A stretch of DNA of 64,000 nt from Torpedo marmorata (Eukaryota): assembly GCA_977017645.1 (NCBI GenBank), contig OZ360233.1:75950001-76014000 (forward strand), read 5' to 3'. A program made the position numbers and the translations under genes. The notes below the pieces were generated by a model. The model did not search any database. It had not been told where the DNA came from and saw only the letters and a list, made by a program, of their open reading frames with translations. This document shows, piece after piece, positions 48,506-63,091 of the stretch. The stretch's first letter is position 1, and every line of letters begins with the position of its first letter.

Positions 48506-51281
48506 TATAACCATATAACAATTACAGCACAGAAATAGGCCAGTTCGGCCCTTCCAATCCATGCCGAACACCTTCTCCCACCTAGTCCCACTGACCCGCA
48601 CCCGGCCCATAACCCTCCACACCTCCCTTGTCCATATACCTATCCAACTTTTCCTTAAACATTAAAATTGAACCTGCATCTACCACTTCGGCCGGAAGCT
48701 CGTTCCACACTCCCACTACCCTCTGAGTGAAGAAATTCCCCCTCATGTTTCCTCTAAACTTTTCCCCCTTCAATCTCAATCCATGCCCTCTTGTTTGAAT
48801 CTTCCCCACTCTCAATGGAAAAAGCCTGTCCACATTGACTCTATCTGTCCCCTTCATAATTTTAAATACCTCTATCAAATCACCCCTCAACCTTCTACGC
48901 TCCAGGGAATAAAGTCCCAGCCTGCTCAACGTTTCCCTGTAACTCAAACCCAGAAACCCAGGCAACATTCTTGTAAATCTCCTCTGCACTCTTTCTATTC
49001 TGTTTATATCCTTCCTATAATTCGGCAACCAAAACTGCACACAATATTCCAAATTTGGCCTCACCAATGCCTTATACAACTTCAACATGACATCCCAACT
49101 CCTGTATTCAATACTCTGATTTATGAAGGCCAACATACCAAATGCTTTCTTCACCACCCTATCTACGTGTGACTCAACTTTCAGGGAATTATGTACCAGA
49201 ATTCCTAAATCCCTCTGTTCTACTGTACTCCTCAAATGTCTTCCATTTAACATGTATGACCTTTGCTGATTAGTCCTACCAAAATGTAGCACCTCACATT
49301 TATCAGTATTAAACTCCATCTGCCATGTTTCACCCTACTCTTCTAACTGTCCTATATCCCCCTGCAAGCTTTGATATCCCTCTTCACTGTACACAACACC
49401 ACCAATCTTCGTATCATCTGCATACTTACTAATCCAATTTACCACCCTATCATCTAGATCATTAATATATATGACAAACAACAATGGACCCAGTACCGAT
49501 CCCTGAGGCATTCCACTAGTCACCGGCCTCCAATTTGACAAACAATTTTCCACCACTACTCTCTGGCATCTCCTATCCAACCATTGTTGAATCCATTTCA
49601 CTACTTCGACGTTAATACCTAATGCTTGAACCTTCCTAACTAGCCTCTTATGCGGAACCTTGTCAAATGCCTTACTAAAGTCAATATAGACAACATCCAC
49701 AGTCTTCCCCTCGTCATCCTTCTTAGTAACCTCATCGAAAAACTGAGATTTGTTAAACATGATCTACCACGAACAAAACCGTGTTGACTACTCCTAATCA
49801 ATGCTTGTCTTTCCAAATAACTGGATACACCATCTCTAAGAACACTCTCCATTAATTTACCCACCACTGATGTCAGACTCACAGGCCTATAATTTCCAGG
49901 TTTACTTTTGGAGCCTTTTTTAAACAGCGGGACAACTTTAGCTACCCTCCAATCCTCCGGCACCTCCCCCGTGGCCAGTGACATTTTAAATATTTCTGTC
50001 AAAGCCCCCACTATTTGTACACTAACCTCCCTCAGGGTCCTCGGGAATATCCTGTCAGGACCTGGAGATTTATCCACCTTTATACTCTTTAAAATAGCCA
50101 ATACTACCTCCTCATTAATCTTTATATTATCCATGACCTCACTGCCAGATTTCCTTACTTCACCTGGCTCAAAATTCCTTTCCTTTGTAAATACTGAAGA
50201 AAAAAATTCATTTAAAATTTCCCCATCTCCTCTGACTTCTCACATAGCCTACCCGTCTGATCCTCAATGGGCCCAATTTTATCCCTCACAATTCTTTTAA
50301 TGTACCTGTAGAAACCCTTTGGAGTTATTTTTACCTTGCCTGCCAAAGCAGCCTCATATCTCCTTTTCGCCTTTCTAATTTCTTAAGATTTTTTTTACAC
50401 TCCTTATATTCCTCAAGGACCTCATCTATTCCCTGCTGTCTATACCTGTTGTACACATCCCTCTTCCTCCGAACCAAATTCCCAATATCCTTTGAAAACC
50501 AAGGCTCCCTATATTTTCTAACTCTTCCTTTAATCCTCACAGGGACGAACTGACTCTGTACTCTCAAAATTTCCCCTTTGAATATCCTCCATTTATCTGT
50601 GACATCCTTCCCTGAAAATAAATTATTCCAATCCATACCCTCTAAATCCTTTCTCATCTCCTCGAAATTTGCCTTATTCAAATCAAGAATCTCAACCTTA
50701 GGCCCAGACCTATCCTTCTCCATTATCAACCTAAAACTAATAGTATTATGATCACTCGACCCAAAGTGTTTCCCAACACAAACCTCTGTCACCTGACCTA
50801 TCTCGTTCCCAAATAGGAGATCCAATACCGCCCCCTCTCTAGTCGGTTCTTCTATGTATTGATTTAGAAAACTTTCCTGAACGCATTTGACAAACTCCAA
50901 CCCATCCAGCCCTTTTACAGTATGGGTGTCCCAGTCAATGTGTGGAAAGTTAAAATCTATAATCACCATCTTATGTTTATTACACATATATGCTATCTCC
51001 TTACAAATTTGCTCCTCTAATTCCCTCAGCCCATTAGGTGGTCTATAATACACTCCTATTAGTGTTTTCCTGCCTTTCCCATTCCTCAATTCCACCCAAA
51101 TAGCCTCACTGGACGAGCCCTCCAATCTATCCTGCCATAGCACCGCTGTAATGCTTTCTCTAACAAGCAATGCGACGACTCCACCTTTTATCCCCCCGTT
51201 CTATCACGCCTAAAACAACGGAATCCTGGAATATTTAGCTGCCAATCATGCCCCTTCTGCAACCAAGTTTCACTGATGGCT
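48506..51281 (-). mobile_element. CR1 LINE (partial APE plus RT, disrupted), same family as 39862-41654
   Basis: ORF pieces with GVYYRPP, DFNFP, SDHN (APE) and YIDFSKAFD, YADD (RT); near-identical to the plus-strand copy. Confidence 0.9.
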
Positions 51282-53080
51282 ATTCTTCTGACCTCACATC
51301 TGAGAGAACTTTCCAGAGTCTCCGCAAGGTTAAAGCTTCCTTGGACGACAGTTGTTCCACACATGCATATCCATTCCCTATCAAAACATTACTCTTCATA
51401 CAAGAGTAAAGGTCCTGGATAAAACAGCGAGAGATCAGCCGATATTTAAGGAGCTGGCAGATCCTCAAATATTGTCCACTTCAAGGGCATATGTGTGGCA
51501 GCCAGTAGCTATTATTGTTGTACTGATGACACTGGAGTAAACACGACCAAATTAAATATAGAATTGACAAACAAACAGCTATGTCATGGCACGGAGGGTG
51601 ACTTTCTATGCCCCTCCCTTTTCCACTGTCAGACGCTACATAACTCCTGAAGGTTTCAGCTGATATCTTAAATGTAACTTCAAAAGCAAGCATCCCAAGG
51701 AGAGTCACTGGGACTCAGTCATATAGACTGAATAACTGTACTCAGTCCAATTCCCCCTTCCTTCCCCAAGAACTGAGGATTAATCTCCAGAACAATGGTA
51801 CGTGAGAACTATTCCTGGGAGGCAATGATGTGTCTTATCATTTTCCTGCGACATTTAATAAATTGGCAATAAAACAGGCAAATAAAGACTTTGAACCAGG
51901 TGGGGCAATTGGAGCAGGAGTTCGGCTCTTTTTCTCTTCAGAGTCTAAGGTAATCTCAGATTGTGTGACGTTTTTACCGTCTCACCTCACCTTTACTCAA
52001 AATGGTTGCATGTTGACTGTGGTTAGGGGAATGGGAATCTGTGTAAAACAACCTCAAAATGATCCCCGTTTCAATTCACCCTCAATGCACAGAAAACAAT
52101 AAGAAAGCAGGTATTTAGAGCATAGAACATTACAGCATAGTACAGGCCGTTCAGCCCACAATGTTGTGCCGACCTATATTAAACCTTCTCAACAAACGAA
52201 ACCTTCCCTACCTCATAACCCTCTATTTTTATTGCAATCATGTATGTGCCTAAGAATCTTTTAAATGCCCCTATTGTACCAGACACTACCACTACTCCCT
52301 GGTAACGCATTCCAGGCACCCACTACTCTGTGTAAAAATAACTTACACCTGACATCTCCCCTAAACTTTCCTCCCCTCACTTTGTGCAGATGTCCTCTGA
52401 GAAAAATGTGCTGGCTGTCTACCCTATCTATTCCTCTCCTCTATTAAGTCACCTCTCATCCCTCGCTCCAAAATCGCTCTTCTTCTTACTGTTCAGGAAG
52501 GAGGTGGTTACCTTTCTCTCCGAGCCATTACCAATGACTGGACAACATTGTGGTTTGTTAACCACTTAAGAGGGGCAGTAAAGAATCAATCTCATTGGTG
52601 TGGGATGGAACCCACAGTTTAAGAATCAGGCTTCTTCAAGTTCAAGTTTATTTGTCACCCGACTGTGCCAGTACAATCCGACGAAACAGTGTTCTCCAGT
52701 CCACAGTGCAGAACAGTACAAACTCACGTTACACACATACAGACAAATGATACATATATTCAGTACCTATGTACATATATTAAAATAAATATTATTAATA
52801 AATAGTAGTGTCACGGAGAGTTGTATTAGCAGTCATTCAGCAGTTTCACTGTCCGTGGGAAGAAGCTGTTCCTCAGCCTGGTGGTTCTGGCTCTAATACT
52901 TCTGCATCTTTTTCCCGATGAGAGTAGCTGGAAGATGCTGCATGTGCGGTGGTAGAGGGGTCCTCCCTGATTCTCTTCAGAGTCTAAGGTAATCTCAGAT
53001 TGTGTGACTTTTTTTACCACCTCACCTTTGCTTAAAATGGTTGCATGTTGACTGTGGTTTGGGGAATGGGAATCTGTGGG

Positions 53081-53442
53081 CAGTGGTTTTCAAACTGCCC
53101 CCCTAAACTCACATTCCACCTTAAGCAATCCTTATGCCATAAGTGCTCTGTGATTAGTAAGGGATTGCTTAAGGTGGTATGTGAGTGGAAAGAAAAAGGT
53201 TTGAAAACCACTGCTTTAATCGTACCTAATTGACTCGTTATGTGCACGGTTTCATAACTCCAAAGGAAATGGGCCAATGACAATTTTTCTCAAGCAAAAT
53301 ATTGGGTCTAGAGCAGTGGTTCTCAACCTTCCCTTCCCACTCACATACCACCTTAAGCAATCCCTTACCAATCACAGAGCACCTATGGCATAGAGAATGC
53401 TTAAGGTGGAATGTGAGTTTTAAAAAAAGGTTGCCCACCCCT
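53081..53442. mobile_element. Composite hAT-like MITE
   Basis: CAGTGGTTTTCAAAC...GTTTGAAAACCACTG and CAGTGGTTCTCAACC...GGTTGCCCACCCCTG modules forming a ~100-bp inverted pair. Confidence 0.7.
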
Positions 53443-55384
53443 GCTCTACAGCAACCATACCACACTGTGATGCAGCCGGCCAGGACACGATAGAAAAGAT
53501 TCTTCCCCTAAGAATCATTAATAACCTCAGTCAGGGTTTTCCACAAGACAATAGATTCTTAGTTATTTGTACAAATAATTTCTCATTTATTGATCACAGT
53601 GCATTTGTGGCTCACTCTCACTTCTTGCCAGAGTATTCTAGAAATGCAGTGGTGCAAGTATGGTGGCAAAGTTAATGTTCTGGACAATTGATCTTGAACC
53701 ACAAATTCGAATCCATTAAGGCAGATGGCAATTTAAATTCCAACAATTAAATAACTCAAGAAAGCTCGTCCTATTAATGGTAATAGTGAAAATGCCTGTC
53801 TGATTTACTGGTGTACAGTAAAATCCCCGTTATCCGGAATTCAAGCAACCAGCAGCCTCAAGCAACCAGCAAAATAACCGTGGAAAATAAATAGGTAAAA
53901 AATATGAACGTTTAAAATTGACGCCCTAGCGGTTAGTTCGCAAATCACGCAATCTCAAACAACCGTAAAATACACTTATCTGGCATCTACTAATCCCCAT
54001 AGGTGCCGGATACCAGGGGTTTTACTGTATTCCAGGGAAATAAATCTTCTGTCCCTTCCGAAGTTTGAGTTATAAGTCACTCGAGACTCACCAATGTGAT
54101 TGCCTCGTAACTACCTTAGTTCAAGGGGCAATTCTCAATGGTGACAAACCATTGAACCAATGCAATATAGAGGGATGCTCCTCTGTTGTAGGAACCGCCC
54201 TTCAAACAAGTCTATCAACTATGGACAGATATGCTCATTTAAAGACTGCAGCGGTTCAAGAAGGCAGCTTACCACTACCTTTTCAAGGACGATTAGGAAT
54301 GGCCAGTTAAATCCTGGCTCAGCCTGTGAAGCCCACACCCTTGAGTGAATAATAAAAATAGACTACAAAGATCAGTGACTTCTCCCCAGTATCCAGGCCA
54401 AACTTTATCCCACTAACGCAACCATTAAAAATAACTTCATATACCTTCATCATACACCTTGATAAAGGGCTCAAGCTGAAAATGTTTGTTACATATCTTA
54501 ATCTTTGCTTAATAAAGCACACTATTTGACCTGCTGAGTTTCCCCAGCATTGTGTTTTTCACATTAAAAATGACTCTTTGATGGCAGCTGGCTAACAGGA
54601 AATTGGCTGCTGCATTTCAAAAGCACTCATTCTAAAACATCTTGGACTTCCTGAAAGAGATCTGAGGTGTTATAAAAAAGTGGAACTTCATTTACACTTT
54701 TTATATAAATGGATTTTGAATTCTTACACTGTAATGGCAGAGAATTTAAATTGTTTCTGGGTTAGTCGTCCAGGCCTCTAGTGGCACAGATGAGGCAGGT
54801 CTCAGATTTTGGGTGACAGATTGTTAGTAGAGCTGCTGCCTCACAGTATCAGCACCCTGGGTTGAGTCCTGACCTCTGGTGGAACATAGAACATAAAACA
54901 TTACAGCACAGTACAGGCCCTTCGGCCCACGATGTTGTGCCGAACTATCTAATCCAACTCCACAACAATCTAATCCTTCCCTACCTCAACCCATAACCCT
55001 CTATTTTCTTACATCCATGTGCCTGTCTAAGAGTCTTCTGAATGTCTCCATTGTACCAGCCTCCACCACCACTCCTGGCAATGCATTTCAGGCACCCACC
55101 GCTCTCAGAGTAAAAAGCTTAACTATGACACCTCCCCTAAATTTTCCACTCACCTTAAATCGATGTCCTCTGGCATTTGCTATTGTTGCCCCTGGAAAAA
55201 GGGGCTGGCTGTCCACCCTGCCTAAACCCCTCATAATCATATATAGCTCACTTGAGTCACCTCTCATCCTTTGTCGCAGCAAAGAGAAAAGCCCTAGCTC
55301 GTCAACCTTGCTTCAAATGACACGTTCTCCATCCAGGCTACATCCTGGTGGAGTTTCCAAATTCTCCATGTGTCTGTCAGCATT

Positions 55385-56235
55385 TCAAGTCAAGTCTATT
55401 ATCAACTGATTGCACAAGTACAACCCGACAAAACAGCGTTGTCCGATCCTCGGTGCAAAACACGCAGACACACAGCCAGACATAACACACATACAGACAA
55501 ACAATACATATGCAGGACAAGTACTCATATATACAAATAAATAAATAAATAGATAAATAAATAAATATTTTTTTCGTGAATATGAGAGTCTCGGATGATT
55601 AGTGTGAACAGTTCTTTTGGTCGTTCAGCATTCTCACTGCCCGTGGGAAGAAGCTGTTCCTCAGCCTGGTGGTGCTGGCTCTGATACTCCTGTATCTCTT
55701 TCCCGACGGGAGCAGCTGAAAGATGCTGTGTGCAGGGTGGAAGGGGTCCTCAACGATTTTGGGCGTCCTCTTCAGACAACGATCCCGGTAGATCACGTCG
55801 ATAGGAGAGAGGGAGACTTCAGTGATCCTCTCTGCCACTCTTATTTTCCTGTGGATTGACCTCCCGATCCAATGCTCTACAGCAACCGTACCACACTGTG
55901 ATGCAGCCGGTCAGGATGCTCTCAATAGAGCTCCTGTAGAAGTTTGACATGATGGCGGCCGGTAGCTTTGCCCGCTTCAGTCTTCTCAGGAAGTGCAGTC
56001 GCTGTGCACCTTCCTGACAAGTGAGGAGATGTTGTGTGTCCACGATAGGTCACTAGTTAAGTGGACTCCAAGGAACTTGGTGTTCTCTATTCTCTCCACT
56101 ACGAAGTTATTGATGTGAAGTGGAGAGTGGTTGTTCCTGGTCCTCCTGAAGTCCACAATCATCTCCTTCATCTTGTTCATGTTGAGGCTCAGGTTCTTAC
56201 TCTCATACCATAATACGAGATTTTTCACCTCTTCT
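55385..56235 (-). mobile_element. Rex1-like LINE 3' fragment
   Basis: KEMIVDFRR, TKFLGVHL, LLPSGKRYRSIRASTTRLRNSFFP. Confidence 0.8.
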
Positions 56236-56639
56236 CTGTAGTGCGACAGAGAATCCTCGAGGTTCCTCCCAAATTCCAGAGAAGTGCAGATACATAGGTT
56301 AATTTGCCACTGCAGACTGCATCGAATGCAGGTGAGTTATAGAATATGGGAGAGTAACGTAAGGAACAAAGCACAGCACAGGAACAAGCCCTTGGATGCA
56401 TGATGCCTGCTCTAAACACGATGATCAACTTAAAGTAAAACCCTGCTGCTTGACATGATAAATATCCCTCCACTCCCTGCATATTCATGTGCCTTGTATC
56501 TGCTCCCACGTTATCCCTGGCAGCCCATTCCAGGCACCAACTGAGCATGAGGGAAAAAAAAATTACAGGGAAATTTAGTGGAGTAAATGAACTTACTCCG
56601 TAACCTAGCTTAGACATGAATGGCTGAGTATCCAGTGTC

Positions 56640-58365
56640 TTCGTACTGAAGACTGAAGGTTTGCTATGACATCATAAACCCTGGCAAGTTTCCACAGATG
56701 TGTGGCGGAAAGTGTGCTGACCGGCTGCATCTGTATGTATACCGGTCTGGTATGGGGACACCAATACCCTTGAGCGGAAAGCCCTGTAGTGGACACAGCC
56801 CAGGATATCACAGGCATAACCCTCCCCACCATCGAGAACATCTACGGAGAAAACTGCCGTCAGAGAGCAGCAGCAATCATCAAGGATCCACACCAACCAG
56901 CACACGCTCTGTCCTCGCTGCTACCATCAGGAAAGAGGTATAGGTGCCACAAGACTCGCACTGCCAGGTTCAGGAACAGCTGCTACCCCTCCACCATCAG
57001 ACTCCTCAACAACAAACTCAATCAGGGACTCATTTAAGGACACTTACTTTTGGACTTTATTGGTTTTGTTCTCTATCTCTGTATTGCACAGTTTGTTTAC
57101 ATTTCTTTATTTGTTTGCATGTGTATGTTGAGTCAGTTTTATTTGCACTGCCAATAAGTGGTTATTTTGCATCACCCGCCGGGTAAAGAATCTCAGGGTG
57201 GTATGTGATGTCATGTATGTACTCTGACAATAAACCTGAAACTGTAGCTCTGCTTCTTTTCCCACAGACGAACCCTGACCTGCTGAGTATTTCCTGCATT
57301 TTCTGTTTTTATTTGGCCTAAATATCCTCTTTCTGTGTCACAAGGAAACATGGAATTTATCCTTGGGTGTTTATCCCATGATCTGATTGGAACGTTGGGC
57401 TGCGGAAAGAGGCAAAGAGAGCCAAATCTCAACCTAATGGTTCCTATTGGTAGGCAAGCTGCATGGGTGGCGACCAAGGGCAGGACTGGGCCGTGTGCTG
57501 CTGCCCTACCCCCGCTTCTCCACGACAGTTTCCCAACACTCAGCCACCCACTGGCAAGTGGCCCAACAGCTGCTGGCAAGCAAACCCAGAAGAAGATGAC
57601 GCCTTTCGGACAGATGCTGCCATCGGGAAAGAGATGCAGGTGCCTCAGGACCCGTGCCACTAGGTTCAAGAACAGTTACTACCCCTCATCTATCAGACTC
57701 TTGAACAATGGAGGATAACTATACTCATTTAGAGACTCACTTAAGGACACATGTTCATTATTTATTGCTATTTATATCTGCATTTGCATAGTTTGTTTAC
57801 AGTTGACAGTTCCTGATGTTTACAGTTACTGGTCTATAGATTTGCTAAGATTGGTCCGCAGAAAAAAATGGCAGGGTTGTATGTGATGTCATGTATGTAC
57901 TCCGATAATAAATTTAACTCTCCTCCACCCTCCCTCCCTCCCCTCCCCCTACAATTGACGTGATCTACCGGGATCGTTGTCTGAAGAGGGCGCGCAAAAT
58001 CGTTGAGGACCCCTTCCACCCCACACACGGCATCTTTCAGCTGCTCCCGTCGGGAAAGATATACAGGAGTATCAGATCCAGCACCACCAGGCTGAGGAAC
58101 AGCTTCTTCCCACGGGCAGTGAGAATGCTGAACGACCAAAGGAACTGCTCAAACTAACCATCTGAGACACTCATATTTTTGACACAATATTTATTTATTT
58201 ATTTGTATATATGAATACTTGTCCTGCATATGTATTGTTTGTCTGTATGTGTGTTATGTTCTGGTCGTGCGTCTGCGTGTTTTGCACCGAGGACCAGAGA
58301 ATGCTGTTTCGTTGGGTTGTACTTGTGCAATTGGATGACAATTGACTTGACTTGACTTGAACTTT
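56640..58365 (+). mobile_element. Cluster of three Rex1-like LINE 3' fragments (56640-57240, 57610-57915, 57955-58365)
   Basis: Repeated LLPSGKRYR...RFRNS.. C-terminal motif and shared 3' UTRs ending gtatgtactc(t/c)ga(c/t)aataaa or (CTTGA)n. Confidence 0.75.
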
Positions 58366-58854
58366 GAACTTTATATGTGAGTGATAACTGGGTCAATAAC
58401 CATTGCCCTGCCCTCAGTCCGCTTAGTCACCTCTTCAAACATTTCTATCAGATCCGTGAGACACGATCACCCACACACAAAGCCACGTTGACTGTAATCA
58501 GTCCCTGCCTGTCCAAATGTTCGTAGATCCTGTCTCTCAGAATCCCCTCCAGCAATACTGACATCGGGTTCACCGATCTGAAGCTCCCGAGCAGGCCTTT
58601 GCTGCCATTTTTAATTAATGGCACAACGTCTCGACAGGAAATTTCACCAGAAATCTGAATATGTACAACTTGAAAGGGAACTTAAATTGCAGAGGACACA
58701 ACAGACTGCAGATGCTGAATTCCAGAGAAAAAAAGAACAGAACAACTTGGTGGGTAAAGCAACATCCATGGAGGGCAAACAGACTGTGGAGACCCCCAGG
58801 TCGAATCCCTGCCTCAAGTGTTTTCCTGAAAACCCACCAACTCCCACAGCTTCC

Positions 58855-59925
58855 TCGACTACATCCCTTCACACACTGCCCCTTGTAAGGATTCAATTCC
58901 TTTCTCTAAATTCCTCCGTCTCCGTCGCATCTGCTCCCAAGACGAGGTCTTCCATGCTAGATCATTAGAGATGTCCACCTTCTTCAACCAACGTGGCTTC
59001 CCCTCTACCACCATCAACTCGGCCCTCACCCGCATATCCTCCACTACCCGCACATCTGCCCTGGGCCCCTCGCCCCTATGCGCAACAAGGACAGGATTTC
59101 CCCTTGTCCTCACCTACCACCCCACCAGCCTATGTGTCCAACATATCCTCCACCTACTATGTGATCCCACCACCAGACACATATTCCCCTCTCTGTCTTC
59201 TGCAGGGTCCGCTCCCTCTGAGTCTCCCTCGTCCACTCCTCCCTCCCCACCAATCGTCCCCTTGGCACCTACCCTGTAACCACAGGATATGCTCTACTTG
59301 CGCCCACACCTCCTCCCTCACCACCATTTGGGACCCAAAACAGTCCTTCCAAGTGAATCTGCAGGGGTCATCTACTGCATCTGGTGCTCCCGTTGTGGTC
59401 TCCTCTACAGCGTAGAGACTGGATGCAGACTGGGAGATCGCTTCGTTGAGCACCTCGGCTCTGTCCGCCGCAATAGCGTGGATCTCCCAGTGGCCACCCA
59501 TTTCAATTCCCCATCCCATTCCCTTGCTGACATGTCTATCTATGGTCTCATGCACTGTCACACTTAGACCACCCACAAATTGGATGAACAACACCTCATC
59601 TTCTGTCTGAGCACCCTCTAACCGGATGGCATTATCCCGACTTCGATGGTTTCTGTTAGAAACCCCCTGCCCCCTATCTTCTTACTCCTGTCTCCTTTCC
59701 TCTAGCTCTGTCTCTCTCTCTCTCTATTCCTTTTCCCTCTGTCCCCTTTCTTTCCCCAGCCTTTAACTCAGATGCCTGACTTTTTTCACTCACATCTTGA
59801 GGAAGGGCTCTGGTCCGAAACATCGATAATATATCTTTACCTCCTATGGACACTGCGAGACCAGTTGGATTCCTCCAGCATTTGTGTTTTGACAACAATA
59901 AAAGCATCTGCAGACTTTCGTGTTT
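58855..59925 (+). mobile_element. Penelope-like element fragment (RT C-terminal region, GIY-YIG endonuclease, pseudo-LTR)
   Basis: RRICSQDEVFH, FFNQRGFP, GVIYCIWCSRCGLLY..ETG.RLGDRFVEHL, VATHFN; terminal repeat with a degenerate hammerhead-like motif. Confidence 0.8.
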
Positions 59926-60058
59926 CACTCTTTTGACCCAGGATGTCCACTGTCCATTTCCTTCCATGGATGCTGCTTGACCTGCTGTGTTCCTCAAGCA
60001 GTTTGTTAAAATGAAGAGGATTCTGGCTGCTTAAAAAAAGCCCTTTCAAAGAGCTAGT

Positions 60059-62794
60059 CTCATTACAAAGCAATAAAGCGCCGGGAGAGGATGGTTTTCC
60101 ACCAGAGTTCTATAAAGAATTCAAGGAATTATTCATTCCTATTTTTATGGATATGTTACAGCAAGCATCAGTGACCCATACACTTCCAGAATCTTTCTCC
60201 ACTGCAATAATTACAGTAATACCAAAAAAAGATAGAGATCAATTGAAACCCTCATCATATAGACCAATTTCATTATTGAACGCAGATTATAAGATTGTGG
60301 CAAAAATTCTGGCAAATAGGATAACAAAATTTTTGCCAAAATTAGTAAATATGGACCAAACAGGTTTTATTAAAAAAAAAGACAAGCAGCTGATAATGTA
60401 GCAAGGTTACTTAGTATTATTTATTTAGCCCAAAAAAGAAAAGTACCAAGTGTAGCAGTGGCATTAGATGCAGAGAAAGCTTTTGACAGGTTGGAATGGG
60501 ACTTTCTATTCAAAGTTTTGGAGAAATTTGGATTTGGGAAGACTTATATAGATTGGATTAAAGCATTATATAATGCTCCAAAAGCTAAAGTAGTGACCAA
60601 TGGACAAATATCAACTTCGTTTTGTTTAACAAGATCTAGTCGGCAAGGGTGCCCATTGTCACCAGCTTTATTTGTATTAGCTATAGAACCGTTAGCAGAG
60701 GCTATTGGAAGTAACTTGGCAATTAAGGGATTTACAGTTGGTCAAGAGCAACATAAAATTAGTTTATTTGCGGATGATGTTTTAATATACTTGACAGAGC
60801 CTGAGACTTCTTTGCAAAGATTACATTTCAAGCTGGAGGAATATGGAAAAGTCTCTGGTTATAAGATAAATTGGGATAAAAGTGAAGTTATGCCTCTTAC
60901 AGAGGGAGACTATACTGTATGCAAAAGAACTACTCAGTTTAAATGGCCACATAATGGAATAAAATATCTTGGGGTTCGGACAGATAATAAATTAAAAAAT
61001 TTATATAAATGGAACTATGTACCATTACTTAACAAGATTAAGGAGGATTTAGAAAAGTGGATTAATTTACCAATCACACTGATAGGAAGAGTTAATTGTA
61101 TCAAAATGAATATATTTCCAAGGATACAGTATTTGTATCAGACTATACCTATTTTATTACCACAGGTTTTCTTTCAGGATTTAAATAAACAAGTGCGAAA
61201 ATTTCTATGGAAAGGTAAAATGTCAAGAGTTTCAATGGAACGTTTAACATGGAAATATGAATTGGGGGGTTTGCAACTAGCTAATTTTAAGAATTATTAT
61301 CGAGCGGCACAAATGCGATTTGTTGCTTCTTTTTTTGAAACTGAAGAAAGACCTGCGTGGGTTGGAATAGAACTAGGAGAAATAGGAGAAAAGGTACCAC
61401 AAGAATTTATATACAAATGGAATTCAAAACTACTGACAGGTGTTAAAGAAACGCCGTTATTAAAACATTTGATTAATGCTTAGAATAAGGTTAATGATGA
61501 TATAGGGTTGAAAGGAAGTATATCACCCAAAATGCCCTTGATACAGAATAATCTTATACCATTTACAAAAGATAATCAATTTTTAAATATTTGGTCATTA
61601 AAAGGAATAAAGAAGATAGAAGATTGTTATGAAGGAAATCAATTGATGTCATTTATACAATTACGGAATAAATATGGAATACCTAATAATACTATTTTTT
61701 GTTATTTTCAATTAAGAGGTTATTTAAGAGAAAAACTAGGTCCAGATATGTTGTTACAAGATTGTAGTGAGGTAGAAACCCTTATTAGGAAAGAAAATAT
61801 TAAGAAATTTACTTCTATAGTGTATTCTTTGCTACAAAGGGGAGCTTTAAAACGAGGACTTCATAAATCTAGACAAAGATGGGAACAAGATCTTAATGTT
61901 ATAATTGATGAAAAAAGGTGGTCGGATTTATGTTTAGATAGTATGACTAATACTGTTAATGTAAGATATAGACTGGTACAATATAATTTTTTACATCAAT
62001 TATATCTTACACCACAAAAATTGAATAAGATAAACTCTACGATATCAAATAGATGTTTTAGATGTGGTGAGGAAGAGGGAACCTTTTTACATTCAACGTG
62101 GTTATGTCCAAAAGTTAAAGGTTTTTGGATAGAGTTAGGAAACCGGTTAAAACAAATTACAGGTGTTACATTTCCACAGAATCCTGATTTATTTTTATTG
62201 GGAAATGTGGAAGGATCTAGACCAAAATTGAAGTTATCTACATGGCAATTGAAATTTGTAAAAATTGCATTAGCTGTAGCAAGGAAGTGTATAGCAGTAA
62301 CTTGGAAATCGGATACAAATTTAAGAATGGACAGATGGAACTCAGAGATGCGTAGTTGTATTCCATTGGAAAGAATAACATATAATATGAGGAATAAATA
62401 TGGGGTATTTTTGCAAATTTGGCGTCCATTCATCCAATTACTAGGAATGAATATTTAAATGTGTTGCTCTACATCCTAGACCCTGCTGACTCTCTTAAAT
62501 TTAAACTTAAAGAATGAATACTGTTGAATGTCTTGCCGTGGACCCGTACGGATGTTTTCGATAAATATTAATGTCTTCTCCTCTTTCTTCTTTTTTCTTA
62601 TTTTTAGTAAGGGGAGGGAGTAAGGGATGGGAAGGGTGGAGGGTGGGTTGTTTTAGTGAGGGTGGGTCGAGATGGGGTTAGAACCATGGTAATACAAATT
62701 TTGTTTGTATTGGATTCATTAATGTTTACAATATATTTTGTACTATTTTGTATTATTGTGAAAATTTTGAAAATTTAAAATAAAATATTTAAAA
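60059..62794 (+). mobile_element. 5'-truncated L1-clade LINE (ORF2 RT plus Cys-rich C-terminus)
   Basis: YRPISLLN, LDAEKAFD, RQGCPLSP, LFADD, YLG, CFRC..H...C; a frameshift in an A-run (~60375) and a stop at 61481-61483; A-rich tail; 11-bp TSD AAAGAGCTAGT at 60048-60058 and 62795-62805. Confidence 0.92.
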
Positions 62795-63091
62795 AAAGAG
62801 CTAGTACAGCTTTGATGGGCAGAATATATTTCTTCTGCACTATATTATAACATATACAAAACTTTAACTGAGAAGAAGCAGTATTGCACAGGTCACCATA
62901 GCATATCAGATTAATGGGTTTGGATTATCATAGAATCTTTTAAAATTTACAGCCCATGCCCATTAATCCCACCTTCCTGCATCTGAGTCCTTCTCCTGCT
63001 CTCAAACAAGCTCAACTCACCCTTCTTTGCCCTACTCATTGTTCTCCCCAACTCCCATCATCCCTCCCCACCAAGGCAGGACATACTGTGA

